A DNA stretch of 64,000 nucleotides from Phoronis australis (taxonomy: Eukaryota; Animalia; Phoronida), in assembly GCA_002633005.1 (NCBI GenBank), contig NMRA01000738.1:62001-126000 (forward strand), read 5' to 3'. The notes under the pieces were generated by a model. The model saw nothing but the letters and a program-made list of their open reading frames with translations. It did not search any database and was not told the DNA's origin. Of this stretch, positions 26,610 to 40,000 are shown in pieces; position 1 is the stretch's first letter, and each line of letters opens with the position of its first letter. Position numbers and translations under genes: made by a program.

Positions 26610-28391
26610 ATCCCTTATTAACAGTTGGGGATGTTGGAGATATTATGGATGGTCCCTGGGTTGGAAACATAAGTCTGCAAATTAAAGGCTCAATGCAGGA
26701 TTACGCGGGATGCAGACGTCATAATTCCTACTTGTTTGCTGTAAGCCATATAGATTTTTTTCTCTCAGTTACTGAAACAAAGCTTTGTCATTTCTTGGGT
26801 ACATTTATTGTTGGCTAGTGCAAACTTTAAGATGGGAACGAGAGCGATCTCCGGTGATGATTTGCAGTCTTGCTGGAAATGTAAACGGTATGTTTCAAAC
26901 TCATCAGTTCTATTGTTTTGACCAATTAGCATTCAGCGTAGTTTCGTTAATGAAAGGTTTCTCAATTATACGACCGACAGCAATTGTTTCCTACTCCTTG
27001 GGCTTACTCTTGAACCCCAGTGAATCTTCAGCTCATTATATGGCTGACAAGTAAAATTCTATTCATTAAATTTTCTTCACAAAAAATAAATTATAACAAA
27101 AATTTGATCTATTACTTTCATGCTTTGAACTGTTTAGACTTCAAAACAAAATTTGGTAAAGTTCCCATTATTTGTAGTTAAATAATCATCTCTTGAAAAA
27201 AGAAATAAATAATTACAATTTTATTTTTGTATGAAATAAGCGGACAATTTCAGTAGTTTTTGTTCCAAATGTTATCAATTCCTGTTCTCATCACTCAAAT
27301 TTGAACTGGAGTATCCAGTTTGCGTCGTCTATCAGAGAACAGACTGGTTCTTTGACTGATCATTTGTCTTGAAGATCGTCTGGTGTATTTTGAGCATGTA
27401 TCACTGTTAGAAATTCTTACCTGGATACCTGAAATAACTTACCTGCACGCTCTGTGAACTGGGTGAAATTCTTTGTCGATTCCGCCAGGTGTGTTTGCTT
27501 GGTCAGTGTTTGACGAGTTGCGGCATTGTTTCGTACCTCAGTATATTATTGAGTTGGATTGCTGTACTCAACTTTGAGGATTAGATTTACAAACTTGTTG
27601 AGGTATTTCGCTTACTTTTTAAGGTATTCCTACCTAAGTGGTCCACTTAGGTTTGAAAATGTATTTTCTCTGGTAAAAGCAGACGATAATAATCATCAAC
27701 AATTCCCTTTTCATGTTTCATAGTCTTCTAATTTGGTTGTGAATCCCCACAACTTTTCAAAACTTGACCATAAAACTTGACCGATAGAAAATCATTTAAC
27801 TTGATAGTGGAAAATCATTTAACTTGATGTTACTTACGTTACTTGGAAACGATAAAATAAAATCTCAATTGTCGGCCATATTTTGTCCTAAATTGATGAG
27901 TTTTTAACGTATAATGCGATTTTGCATCAATTGCTTTTAGAATACGGCTGATTTTAACATGCAAACACTTGTTTCGCAGATCTTCTTTTGCTGTATTCTA
28001 TGATACTGTGGCTAAACTATGTTTACCGTTAACTTGAAGAAAAGTATTTTCATGTCGAGTATAGTTCTTCAAAACTAACCACTCAGAAGTGCAATTTTCT
28101 TGGTAGATTAAGCCATAAAGTTTCTTTAAGGTTAAAACGAATTGCTAAATTAATCTGATCACATTAAGTCGCTCATTTTGAAGTGACAGGTTATTTAAGA
28201 AGTACTCACAATTAGCTGTTGATGTGATACACTCATTTGACGTACTAATTTATTGGAGTTTATGTAAATGAATTACGGAATCTATAGCCTTTTAATTGTC
28301 ATTTTCCAATACTAAGGTGATATGTTGGAATACCTTGTCACTAGGTGGCAGTAGGGGGATTGCTAGACAAAATTAGGTGTTCTTGTACGGA

Positions 28392-28455
28392 TTTAATACA
28401 ATGAGATATTTGCCAGTGTATTCTAATACACTGGCAAATATCTCATTGTATTAAA
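28392..28455. repeat. Perfect palindrome, 31-bp arms with 2-nt spacer
   Basis: tttaatacaatgagatatttgccagtgtatt-ct-aatacactggcaaatatctcattgtattaaa. Confidence 0.97.
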
Positions 28456-29777
28456 AGTTTTCGCCTGTCATCCTGTCAATTTACCACTGTTGTGTAGTGG
28501 GTTATTCAAACAATTCAATAACAAATGTCCAATGTCTCGGAAAGTCTGCAAATGAAAGAAAGTATGTTTCAACCCTGGCCCCACAGCTGATCATGCGTGC
28601 AACAGAATTAAAAATTGGTAGGATCAAGAGAATGGCTTTTTAGTACTCTCACAAGGCTACTGAGTACAAAGTGTCCAGTTTGAGCAGTTAAAAACTTAAT
28701 TATTTTGGTCAAGGTTGGATTTTGTGCAATATTTTAGAGATTACGAATATTGGCGGCCTCAAATTCAAGAATTGAATTCAGCCAATGATCCTTCAAATTG
28801 ATGTTATGGAGAGGAATGAAAACATTATGTGAGCAGTCATTTCTACAATTTTATGAACTGTGAAGTCGATTTCATTGTCCAGTATTCGAAAAATTTGAAG
28901 AATGTCAAAATCCTCCCAAATCCAATCAGGGACTTATCTTGGATTTGAAAAGTGGGGCCCAAATTCATGATTGTGAGAACGATGAGTCGTGTATAATCAA
29001 GAAAATTCAATTTCAGCTTGAATTTTTATTTGACAGGAATTGCTTGGGTTCCTGTGTTCAGTCTGCATTGCTCACCATTCAAATTATCTTATTACTGTAT
29101 TTTACTGCTCTGTTAATTAAAAATAACTAATAAGCTGATTTCTTTTGAATAATTAATAATTGCTACTTGACTGGCTTCCATTGACCTTTATTGTTAAGTC
29201 ACTCCTGTCAATTGTTTTGACCTGCGGTTCTGATTCTTTGTTTGGGCATTGATTGCATGGTGTCCAGCTAAGCTGGTGGTCATCAGCTCCAGTCTTTGAC
29301 CAGCATGACAGTATAAGGTGTGAAAATCCAATATATCCTGTTTATAGATCCTCTAGTAATTACTATTCAGTTCCTCAGCAGACAATTAATTGTTGTTCTG
29401 GGTAAGTTGAGTGTCAGGGAGCTGGGTTGAGTTCTGTAAACGCATGGTTCTCTCGAAGGAAGCTTGTGTGATCACGTACTTCTCTTGTAACGCATGGCGA
29501 TATCTCGCAAAGTGTTGTGTGGTTTTGCATTTTTACAAGTTTCTCTGACTGCTGGTCTAATGTTTGTCCACACATGCCCAGCTGACGACTATAAGACTGG
29601 AAGACTTTAGCTTGCATTTGAGGTCAAGAGGCTTCACTGTTGAAACGGAGACGCAGAATTCAATCCCATAATTCAATTGTTTCGTGTTTTGATGGACCTG
29701 GGTATATTGGTGACATCATTTTTCACCGTGTTTCTTAGAAAATGTTCAGGATTTAAAGTGGCTTTAAACCTGAAGTG

Positions 29778-30091
29778 AACTTCTGATTTAAACCACTTAA
29801 CACTAGAAAATTGACCTCCACTCGTTCTTTAGAGGAGATACAATTTCTAAGTTTGCTAAGAAGAGGCAGGTCGCCAATATTTTAAGTCTGTTCAGCACAT
29901 CATCTGTTGGCAGTTGTTATTCATTGGGACCATTCTCAGCGCATGACACGCATCGAGAAGTCTACTTGTAGAGACTAGCCTCGACCAACAGCGAACTGTC
30001 AGTTCTTTCGAAGCCTGTAATCGCCTCCAGTTTGACGAGGTAACAATTTTGAGACCAATTTCACAACTGTAAGTGGTCTAAATCAGAAGTT
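29778..30091. mobile_element. MITE with 22-bp TIRs
   Basis: aacttctgatttaaaccactta ... taagtggtctaaatcagaagtt (21 of 22 inverted match), with weaker complementarity extending inward. Confidence 0.75.
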
Positions 30092-30620
30092 GTTTTTTGT
30101 GACGGAAGGCGGGTTAATAGGCGCGCAGCACATTTTAACAGTTTAATACATTCAACCTGTACTTCTGGCATCAGACATGCAATAGGTCCCTTGGGATTGA
30201 GAAATCTTATCTCAAAAAACAATCATAGGCTCTGCTAGACGGTGCAAGTCAATAATATTCCTCTCCAGTCCATGTTCAAGGTTGAGAGCATAGGTCGACA
30301 GTCGTTAAGGGAATTGTTGAAGGAATTCTGTTTTATATTTGACTTCCCTGGTAATTGTTAAGCACCAACTAAGACTGGTTTGTTGCCTGGCAACTGTTCT
30401 TGAGTTGTTGAAGATGTTGAATGGAACTATTTTCATTAGATCTCCAAACAGTCTGGTGTCACTAGGTGCTGCTAGGTTATTTCTTTCCCTCAGAGTTCAC
30501 ACAAGTTAGATTTCTTCTGACAAAAGCATAGACTGCCACCAGCTTTGGAAATTTTCAATGTGAAAACATTGTTTTTTTAATTAGACCCCTGCTTTGAAAC
30601 CGAATCGGCTGTACCTAGAC

Positions 30621-30828
30621 TATGGTAAAATCTCGCCTATTTCGGACAATAACAGTTGCCAAAAGGACCCCGGTTCATTTTTCAAGGGCTTCTGACGTTT
30701 TGGATACCCAAAGATTTTCAAAATGTTTTTAATGGCAACTAGTAGCACATAGAACTTGAACATTCCAAAAATGAGAAGATTTCACTTCTCTGCCAAAGTG
30801 TCTCCTAAATTGGTGAGATGTTATTGCA
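30621..30828. mobile_element. MITE family A copy (well preserved)
   Basis: tatggtaaaatctcgcctatttcggac ... ctcctaaattggtgagatgttattgca. Confidence 0.7.
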
Positions 30829-30867
30829 CTCTCATTAGGAGTGTTACTGGGGCTTGGGGGAACCAAA

Positions 30868-31694
30868 TTATTTAGGAAGCATTGTTATTTAGGTTACATT
30901 GTTATTTAGGTGGCATTCTTATTTAGGATGCAGTGTTATTTAGGTTATATCGTTATTTAGGTTGCATTGTTATTTTGGATGCATTGTTATTTAGGAAGCA
31001 TTGTTATTTAGGAAGCATTGTTATTTAGGAAGCATTGTTATTTAGGAAGCATTGTTATTTAGGAAACATTGTTATTTAGGAAACATTGTTATTTAAGATG
31101 CATTGTTATTTAGGATGCATTCTTATTTAGGAAGCTTTGTTATTTGGGTTACATTGTAATTTAGGTTACGATGTTATTTATGATGCATTGTTATGTAGGA
31201 TGCATTGTTATTTAGATTGCATTGTTATTTAGGAAGCATTGGTATTTAGGAAGCCTTTGTTATTTAAGATGCATTGTTATTTAGGATGCATTANTTTTAT
31301 TTAGGAAGCATTGTTATTTAAGATGCATTGTTATTTAGGATGCATTCTTATTTAGGAAGCGTTGTTATTTGGGTTACATTGTTATTTAGGTTACGATGTT
31401 ATTTATGATGCATTGTTATGTAGGATGCATTGTTATTTAGATTGCATTGTTATTTAAGATGTATCGTTATTTTGGATGCATTATTATTTAGGAATCATTG
31501 TTATTTAGGTTACATTGTTATTTAGATTGCATTGTTATTTAGGATGCTTTGTTATTTAAGATGTATCGTTATTTTGGATGCATTATTATTTAGGAATCAT
31601 TGTTATTTAGGTTACATTGTTATTTAGATTGCATTGTTATTTAGGATGCTTTGTTATTTAAATTGCATTGTTATTTAGGATGCATTGTTATTTG
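30868..31694. repeat. 17-bp minisatellite array, about 48 copies
   Basis: Unit ttatttagga(a/t)gcattg with variants. Contains an N at 31294. Confidence 0.97.
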
Positions 31695-31949
31695 ATTTGG
31701 AACTGAGCAAGTTGGAATTTGCAGGTTGCTATAAATTACTGTACTGAAAGCAATACAGATTTTAGCCAAATTCTCATATGAGATTTCTTGATCTGTGCCC
31801 TGACACATGAGGGGTACTAGTTGTCCTTTCACCTGATCTAATATTTCCATGGTTACGTGTTGCTTTGGTAGATTGAGGTTTTTAAGTCAGTTGAGACTTG
31901 AGATGTTCAGCTTTCTTTTCCTGTTCTACCATCTTGCCTGCTTAAAGCG

Positions 31950-32152
31950 TAATGGTAAAAACTCACATTTAGAACAGAATTTTGTGGATTAATGAATTAT
32001 GTTCTTAGCGTGGTTTATCAATGACAAACTCGGTAACTTAAGCAAATTAAGTTTTTGAGATTTTAAGGTTGATACCGCCAGAAATAGTCTCGTGAAAAAG
32101 AAATAAAAATTTTCCTATTATGTTTGTCTAAAATTAGTGAGATTTTACTGTG
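31950..32152. mobile_element. MITE family A copy
   Basis: taatggtaaaaactcacatttagaac ... gtctaaaattagtgagattttactgtg. Confidence 0.65.
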
Positions 32153-33831
32153 TACGGTAATGAGCCATTATCTGGAAACTCACATTTGGAAGCCATATTT
32201 GACAGGATGCTATCCAACGGCCATGACCTTGTGGGTGACTTGTTGTTCACTAGGTGGAGCTGCTTTAATTCTCATCAGGTGGTACTGAAGAAGGTTAGAC
32301 CAGATAAATGGAATTCTGCTGGAGACTGGATATGGCCAAGGATTCCATGTGACTTTCTGAATGCGCACATTTCACGCTCGGGGACTGTTGCTCTCTTAAC
32401 ACATCTAGTGGACGTCGATTCCTCGACTCCTCATTGACCGGGAGGTGTTTAATATTGAGAACAATCAGCTAATTTGGAAGAATGGGCAACTGTTTTATTT
32501 TGTGGCATCTAGGATGTTTCCACTTGTTCTCTCAATTTTGTCATCTTGAGGATTTTGCCAGTAGTCGCCATCATTTAGCGGATGGTAATTAATTGATCGA
32601 TGTGGCCTCAACATTGATTCTCTTTAGACTGTCCAACTCGGTGATTTGAAGTCATGCAGAAATCATTTTGCGAAAATATTGCATAACGACGTGTGAACGG
32701 CTCAGATCGGCAAAACACCGCCATTGTACTGTGCCAGTTTACTTAACACTTGCTCAGTGTATCCATTATAGCCATGTCATTCAAGTTTAATTCCTCATGT
32801 AGACAACCCATAAATACATCGCCATATCCTATTCTGCTGTGCAATCACTTATAGGTGCACCATAGCTCCATTTCCCCACTTCATTTCACAGTGGGGTGTC
32901 AGGTAGACAGGTAATGTTGAAAGCTGCTTCACTCATATGTGACTGTCTTCAGGTGCTCCAGATTATAACAGGTCTGTTTTGATTGGCTCCTGTGTTTCTG
33001 AGCAATTTAGTGTCAAAACTTTTTCAATTGTAATTTTGTTACTAGACTCTGTATAGGTGAGGCCATCCTTAAAATATTTATTTTCAATCTTTTCTCAATC
33101 CTCGGAGTTGAGGAGGTCAGTCGGTTAATAACTCACTTTCCCATTTTTGGGACACAATAATTTCTGTTGTAAAATACCGATTTCGTTTTTGGAGTTTATA
33201 AATATATTTTCTCAGATTACAAAAATGTTTTGAGCCCTTTTCGTGATTTACTGATGGTTGTGTGACGGACATCTCATCCAAAAGAATATTTTTCGTATCT
33301 ATGCCAAATGAATGTTTTTTCTTAAAAATTTACAGATGAGGGGTAGATGTTGAATCTTTTAAAAAGGCAAATGTGTAATTTGATCAGAATGGAGCTTACG
33401 CCCTTAAAACAAGCCTAAGGTGTTGTGTCTGCTATCCTGTGAGTAATTATCGTAGCTCTAACACGCAAAATGCTACCGTATTCATATTCTGACCAACCAC
33501 TTGTGATGAACATGACCAGACAGTGCTAACAAAAGTCACCTTGTCAGGGTATGGCTATTCAAAGCATTAAAATGACTTCTTTGCCGTTTATTACTTCAAA
33601 GATTTTGCACTTAAACCATAGAGAGCGAAGGCTATTTTAATCATTTCTTAAACACGCCATTCATAAGGATCTTATTCATCATCTGGTGGTAGATCCATCT
33701 TTGTAACACTTTTTGTGTCGTGTATTGTGGTGGTTCACTTTCTTTTGATGTAAATGTGGAGTTTAATAGTCTCTCTGGCTGATTCATGCATTGCTTTATT
33801 AGATTAGGGTGATCTCAAAGAAAAATAGTTC

Positions 33832-34075
33832 AACCGAATCTCATCTATTTAGGACACGATATGATGGACAAGTGAAATCTATTTTATTTTCTCGTTTTTT
33901 CATAAAAGATATGTAGGTTCAAATTAATACTTAACGGTATTCAAGTTCTGTTCCATAGCTATCATCTGAACATGTTTTGAAAAATGGCAGGCGTTCACAA
34001 CTATGTTGTACTTGGACATGAAAAAAGATAATTTTGCTAATTAGCTTTGTCCAAAATTTGTGACTCGTTACTGTA
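33832..34075. mobile_element. MITE family A copy
   Basis: aatctcatctatttaggacacgatatgatggacaagtgaaat ... gtccaaaatttgtgactcgttactgta. Confidence 0.65.
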
Positions 34076-34852
34076 TGGCATTGATAACAAATTTGTAGTT
34101 ATATTTTTCTTCTTTCATCACTTGAAATACTTGCACCCTAGAGGTAATCCCTATATTTGTAAACTGTGTAAAATGTAAGTATTGACCATTAATAGAAATC
34201 CCTGAAAGAAATTGTTTAATTTTCTAGTGGCTATTGTAGCGAACAGTTATTCAGGTCGATATTGCAATGTGCTTTCCTTGCATTTGCTGTATTTTCACCT
34301 TGTTTGTTTATTACATGGGTTGTGAATAGGTATCATATAGACTAGCCTGAGGTCTGTGTTTCATGTTGCACAATGCCTGTTTACCTGCATGAAAGCTGTT
34401 TTGAACTGGTGATAAATAGCAAACTTGAAATTCACCTGGGGTCTCAAGCGAAGCAGGAAGCCTTTCCATTGAAATGCCTGAGTTCAGGTAAATCGCATGA
34501 GTTCAATCTCACATGACTGTCCCCGAGCTGAAGAACTCCTTTCTGCCCTCATCTGTTTTGTTGCAAGAAGAGGGATCTTCATTTATTAGCGCCATCTAGT
34601 GAGTTTGTAGTCAACCTTTGTGCAGCATTCAGCAAAACTGCGTTTTAGCAGAAAGAAGATGAGCCAAAACAGTAATGTGTTTTTCATTGAAATGGTGGAG
34701 TATCAAGAGAAATTTGAAGACAAGTTAGAAGACTTATGGTGCATTTCTCATACTGTTTTTGTGTCTTTTAATTAGACTTTATATGCACTGATTGTATACA
34801 GTGCTATAGGAAACTAGAAGGAATAAACCTGTGTGTGAAAATTATACCATAT

Positions 34853-35073
34853 TGTGACATAATCTCACCAATTTCCAAGTTACCTTTTTCCAAGGTCTTT
34901 CTAAAATTGTTGTGTAATGCCAACAATTTTTCAAGATATTTTCTAAAGATATCTAGGCTCTTGAACATGACGATAATGCTTGGTTTGATGCTACTCAATC
35001 TTTTGTGAAGAAATGAGAAATTAAAATTTTACTTGTCTGCCACACTGTCCTAAATTGGCGAGATGTTGGTGTA
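34853..35073. mobile_element. MITE family A copy
   Basis: aatctcaccaatttccaag ... acttgtctgccacactgtcctaaattggcgagatgttggtgta. Confidence 0.65.
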
Positions 35074-36459
35074 AGCTGTTGTGAGAGACATTGGCTTCCC
35101 AGTATTGGTATATCAGCTGAGATCTTTAGTCTGTGGTAGTGCTACTCTGATCCATCTTGAATTTCTAAGTTGTCTGCCATGGGGGTTTCCTTTTGTTATT
35201 GGGTGAAGAAGCCAGTGAACAGATGGGTGTATTGGCAGGGTGTCTGGGTGTAATGTGATTATTGCTGACCACCCCTGGCTAAGGATGGTGATAATGACCA
35301 TGGAGTCCCAGTGATGTGGACAATATATTCACATTTAGCTTATTGATTGTTGTCATCAAATGGGTTAGTGGATGTATTAATACCTCTAGTGTGGTCTGGT
35401 GTCATATTTGCCCATGGCTTCTGTGTATGACTGGGTACTGGGTGGGCGTATTTCTCTAGTAAGTAAGATTTGTGGAATATGACTGCAGTTAATTGACTCG
35501 CCCTGTGTGCCAGTTCAGTGGGTCAATGGACTAAGTCATTCGATTGGCGTGTGAGCTGGAAGGCATCCTCCAATCAAATTCTTAGAGGTGTGAACCGACC
35601 CTGGACTGATAGAGTGAACTATGAAATGTGCTCTAATACTGTTTAAGTGCGTAAATTTCTTGTATTTTGGCACAACCATACTTCTGTATTCTCTATTTTC
35701 CAGTCTTGAAACGTGTGTTTGTGAGCGTTACAGAGGGAGTGTAGTTAAATGTTGACTGCCTTCTCATTGTCAAGTGGCATTTTTCCATGTAGTAGGATGA
35801 AAATTCTCGAGTTTGGTACACTCTCTAGAATTTGAGACACCGATATTCTACCAGAAATTGAATTTTTCTAGATTCTATAAACTGGAACATGAATGATTTT
35901 GGCGTTCATCAAATTTTCCTGGTTTTATTTCAACAATATTAACAAAAAATACGCAAGAGTTGGTTAAAACAGCTAGACTTCTTTCATCTAATGTGTGCTG
36001 ATGGGCTAAGCTAGTGCTCGGAAAAAATCTATCCATCAATTGATAACATTTAAGTGTGGCCTGTAAGTCTGAATAATCAATTTTTAATTTTGCTTACCAT
36101 CATTGTTTAAATAGATTAAGACAAACATAATACCTAGTATACAATCTTGAATGGTTGTATACTGCCTGGTAGCAGGATGTCTACATGTCTACCCTAGATA
36201 CAAGATGGGTTTCCTACTGTTACATTGTATTGATTGACACTAGTAAATCTTAGATAACACTATGTGTACTGCTGCTTGGATCAAATCAATTTTCTTATAA
36301 TAAGCCCGATGTATCCACACATTCCGATACAGTGTCCAGTGTTTGTTGTGAACGGATAACTGGTTTGCTTATTAATAATTTTGTTAATCATAACACAGTG
36401 TTTACCCCGTTAGGTATCGGAAAATTTACACTCATGTTTGATAACCGATTATGGTTTAG

Positions 36460-36773
36460 CGTCTCTCATTTACGACATTATATGGCGGAAAGTGGAATTT
36501 TTGTTTTCTCATTTTTTTCGTTTAAGATATGCTTGATAATTCTCCATATAGTTTGGACAACAAAGAAGTGACATTTCTCTGTGTTTCTAAGGCTGATTAT
36601 GTTGCTGCAAACAATGGCAACTTTACAAATACTGTTTTATGACGTCTGCATAGAACAAACTGAACCATTAATGCACCAAAGTTTTCTAATACAAGGTTTT
36701 TGTGGAAAAATTGAGAAAATAAAATTAAGCTTGTCCACCATATTGTCTGCTAAATAGGTGAAGTCTTATCATA
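36460..36773. mobile_element. MITE family A copy with long arms at both ends
   Basis: gacattatatggcggaaagtggaatttttgttttctc ... gagaaaataaaattaagcttgtccaccatattgtctgctaaataggtgaagtcttatcata. Confidence 0.6.
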
Positions 36774-36896
36774 GTTGCAAACTGATGTTTATCTGTGTAA
36801 AACACTGCTGCCCTCTCTAGTATAGAGATGTAGTTAATTCAGGTAACAACCACTTACGACAGTCCTGCTTTTTGAGAAGCAATTGTCTCCCCTGAA

Positions 36897-37072
36897 TACA
36901 GTAAAATCTCAATACATTTTCTCTCTGCAGTGTGGAAAATTCTGCCACCTTCCCAGTTGTTCTTGAATTTGAGAAGGTCAATAATACTGTCTGTTTCTAG
37001 GGTTGGGACAAGCTCCTACCTTGAGCAAAACAATTAATTTCTAGCTCTCCCAAATGGAGAAATGTTATTGTT
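36897..37072. mobile_element. MITE related to family A (subfamily shared with 22788)
   Basis: Starts tacagtaaaatctc. The end ctcccaaatggagaaatgttattgt is an approximate reverse complement of the 22788 start. Confidence 0.55.
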
Positions 37073-40000
37073 TCAATTGCCCTCTCTAGTGGAAATGTTT
37101 GAAACAGTGATAACCCTGATGTGCACACAGTGGGCACATACCAAAACTAGCCTTGCTATCGTTATGGAAAATGATCAAGTCCATTTTGAGGGATTTGTTC
37201 TTTTTGTAAAAATCTTGAAATGTGGTAAAGCACTGTTGAATGTTCTCATTGATTCAATATCTGGGTGACCTCAAATGATATGTCTGTTCAATATTTATAT
37301 ATAGCAGCAGGGAATATCAATTTTAAGAGATTATCTCATGAGCAAATTGTAATTGTAACCAACTGTTTATTCCTGGATTGAATTACTTCCTACTAGACAG
37401 ACATGTTTCTATCCCATAATCCTCCTCTACATAGCCAGTAGCCACAGTGGCACTAGTCTAATCCTGTTGTATTGTGCTGAGATGTTATTATGTCGCCATG
37501 ATTGCTGTCTGCTTGTGTACTAAGTCATTTGGGAATTAAATTTCATAGGCAGATAGTTCCATTTGATATTGGGGTTGCTCACCTTTCTCACCTTTTGTGA
37601 TCTTTGTATGTAATTCTTTGGGCGTTGGGGAGAAAATTCATGTAGGGTCAGGAAAAGTAAATAGAATTAACCTGCTAATAGTGGACTGCAAATATAACTT
37701 ATCACTAAGATGTGTAAGATGGGATTATGATTGGCTAAGCCAGGTAGGAGAAAAAAGAGCCACTGATACTGTGTAGACTGCACTTAGGTGTTAGGAAGGT
37801 GCCAGTGACTGTGGTGACTCTCATGTGGATTGAATGGGCCCTGCTTGTGATGTCGCACACCACATGGCGCGGTTGAAGTTTTGTGGAGTAGGCACAGATT
37901 GATCAGTTTACTCCTGCTGAAAATTGGCAAGGTATGCCCATTGGAGGTTTGCTGGAGGTTGGGACTAAATGTACTGCTTGTGGAGTGTTTTATTCAGGAC
38001 TTTGTCTTGTTGCCTCTCTATTAAAGGAGAGTGGGAAATTCTTGTCAGTGGCCATGACCGTGGGTGAGGGAAATGGCATGTGGATGTGACGCAATCTGTA
38101 ATATCTTACCTTTGCGTTGTCCTTTCAACATTCATAGTTTCTTTCTGCAACTTTCTTAGACCTGCTTGAACTTGTGATTGAAAGTAGGAGTTACCCTCAC
38201 TTGGCAAATAGTTAAGGCTAATCTTTGATGGTGAGGAGCTGTCCTCAGTAATTCTGAAAGCATAATTAACCATTACCATTATCCTTTAAACCATACTTAT
38301 CAGATTCTGGCTGTGTGAGGCATTTTGTGGGGATTCCTCTATTAAGTAAAACCCTGTTAAATCCCTAAGCAGTGGAATTAACATGCACAATTTTGAGTGT
38401 TGATCAATAGGTATGTGTACATATTTCACAGTTATGAAACCTTGTGAATAGTTTCAGCATATTATGTATTATATACTGCAAAAAATTCCCCAATTTAAGG
38501 CGGTCTCTACAATTTAGGATAGGGAAATTACATGGGTTATAAGGTCTCGCTAAACCACCATCACAGAATGGTTACAGCTGTGCTGCAGTTATAAGGTTTA
38601 AAACAAGAATACAGAACGAAAGTTGGAACCTTTAAATCAGTTTTAACGACATTGATGTGATTAGTACTTAAGTCCAAAATCAGTAAGTGGGAACAAAATT
38701 AATTATGTGTTTGTATCGAGTCTAACTGTGGTAGCATTTCATGATACTGCCTACCAGCCATATTTTAACAATGTCTAATTGGGTTTGTTATATAGTGAAA
38801 AGAGCTTTAGAATAGATTCAGTATTGCAGAAAAAGATGCTAAATTGAACAAGGGCCAGCATTTGGCTTTAAGGGAAAGCAAGCAAGTCACGATATGGTTG
38901 TTTTTGCTGAGCTCAGTCATCTGACTACGTGTATTGGATCCCGAGAGAAATACACGGGAACCCATTACTTTCATTTTTTTGTAGAAATTATTTAGTTCCA
39001 ATCGAGATGTACAGTTCATACGTGCATGGCTAAGTGTACAATATTAACTTTTGTCAAATAAAATTCACTAAGTTTTAACATTTTTAACAAAGTACAAACT
39101 CTTTGAAATATAGAAACATGGCAGTTTTAGTCTTTGTTCCAAATCTAAGCGTTTTTCCCTTACTAAAGATTGGGTGGAGCTTGGCCTGTTGTACTGGATC
39201 AGGGATTGATAAGGCGGGTCAGCCTTGTGATTGATCTGCCATTCATTACCCCTTGCATTTCATAACCCTTGCCTTTCATACCCTGGTGTTTCATTAGCGC
39301 CAAGATTTTTCCAAGGATGAGGGGTAATCTATCTTCAGCCATTTCATTTAATTTAAGTATGCATGCAGTTTATTCACCACAATAGAAACCTGCTGTGAAG
39401 AATGACAGTCGTGTTGTCATGGTGAGAGATGAGTCTTTTGGGACTCCATTGCTCCTTCACAGCTGACTTGCCCATGTGTTTAAAAGGAAACTAATTTCTT
39501 TTTGACATGTCAGCAAATTAGTCCAGAGACTGTGGTCAGTCATTATTGTATCGTGTTATATTTCCCATTGACATTGTTACGGTTTCATTTGAAAGATCGG
39601 CCTCATGGGTCCAACTGTCTCTTCGAGGAATTAGTTAGATTCGACATCCCTAGTTGGGTTTCATTATGCGTGTTGTGAATCCTTTCAGGTAGCTGACCTT
39701 TGGCTCATGCAGGCTGCTTTTCCATCTCCAGTCACAAAGAGTGTGTTTAATCTTATTGATTGGCCAATCATTACATTCTGTGTGTGGTTTCCTTGCATAA
39801 TGTTAACAAGAGTTACACTCTGTTACAGGTTGTCACACTGCATGGAACCATTCTAAGGTAATGAAGTGACCAGCCAACGAAATGGAGTATTACAACGTGG
39901 TGTGGACGATAGCCGTTATATTTCTTGGTGCGATGGTTAAGGAAGGACTTGGCTTGGATACATGTGAGTAGCAGTTAGCAGTATTCAATAGTGTAAATAT

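Noticed and set aside
30868-31694. 17-bp array as CRISPR or telomeric repeat
   Set aside because: Variable positions are point variants of one unit rather than spacers, and ttatttagg is not a tandem TTAGG/TTAGGG tract.
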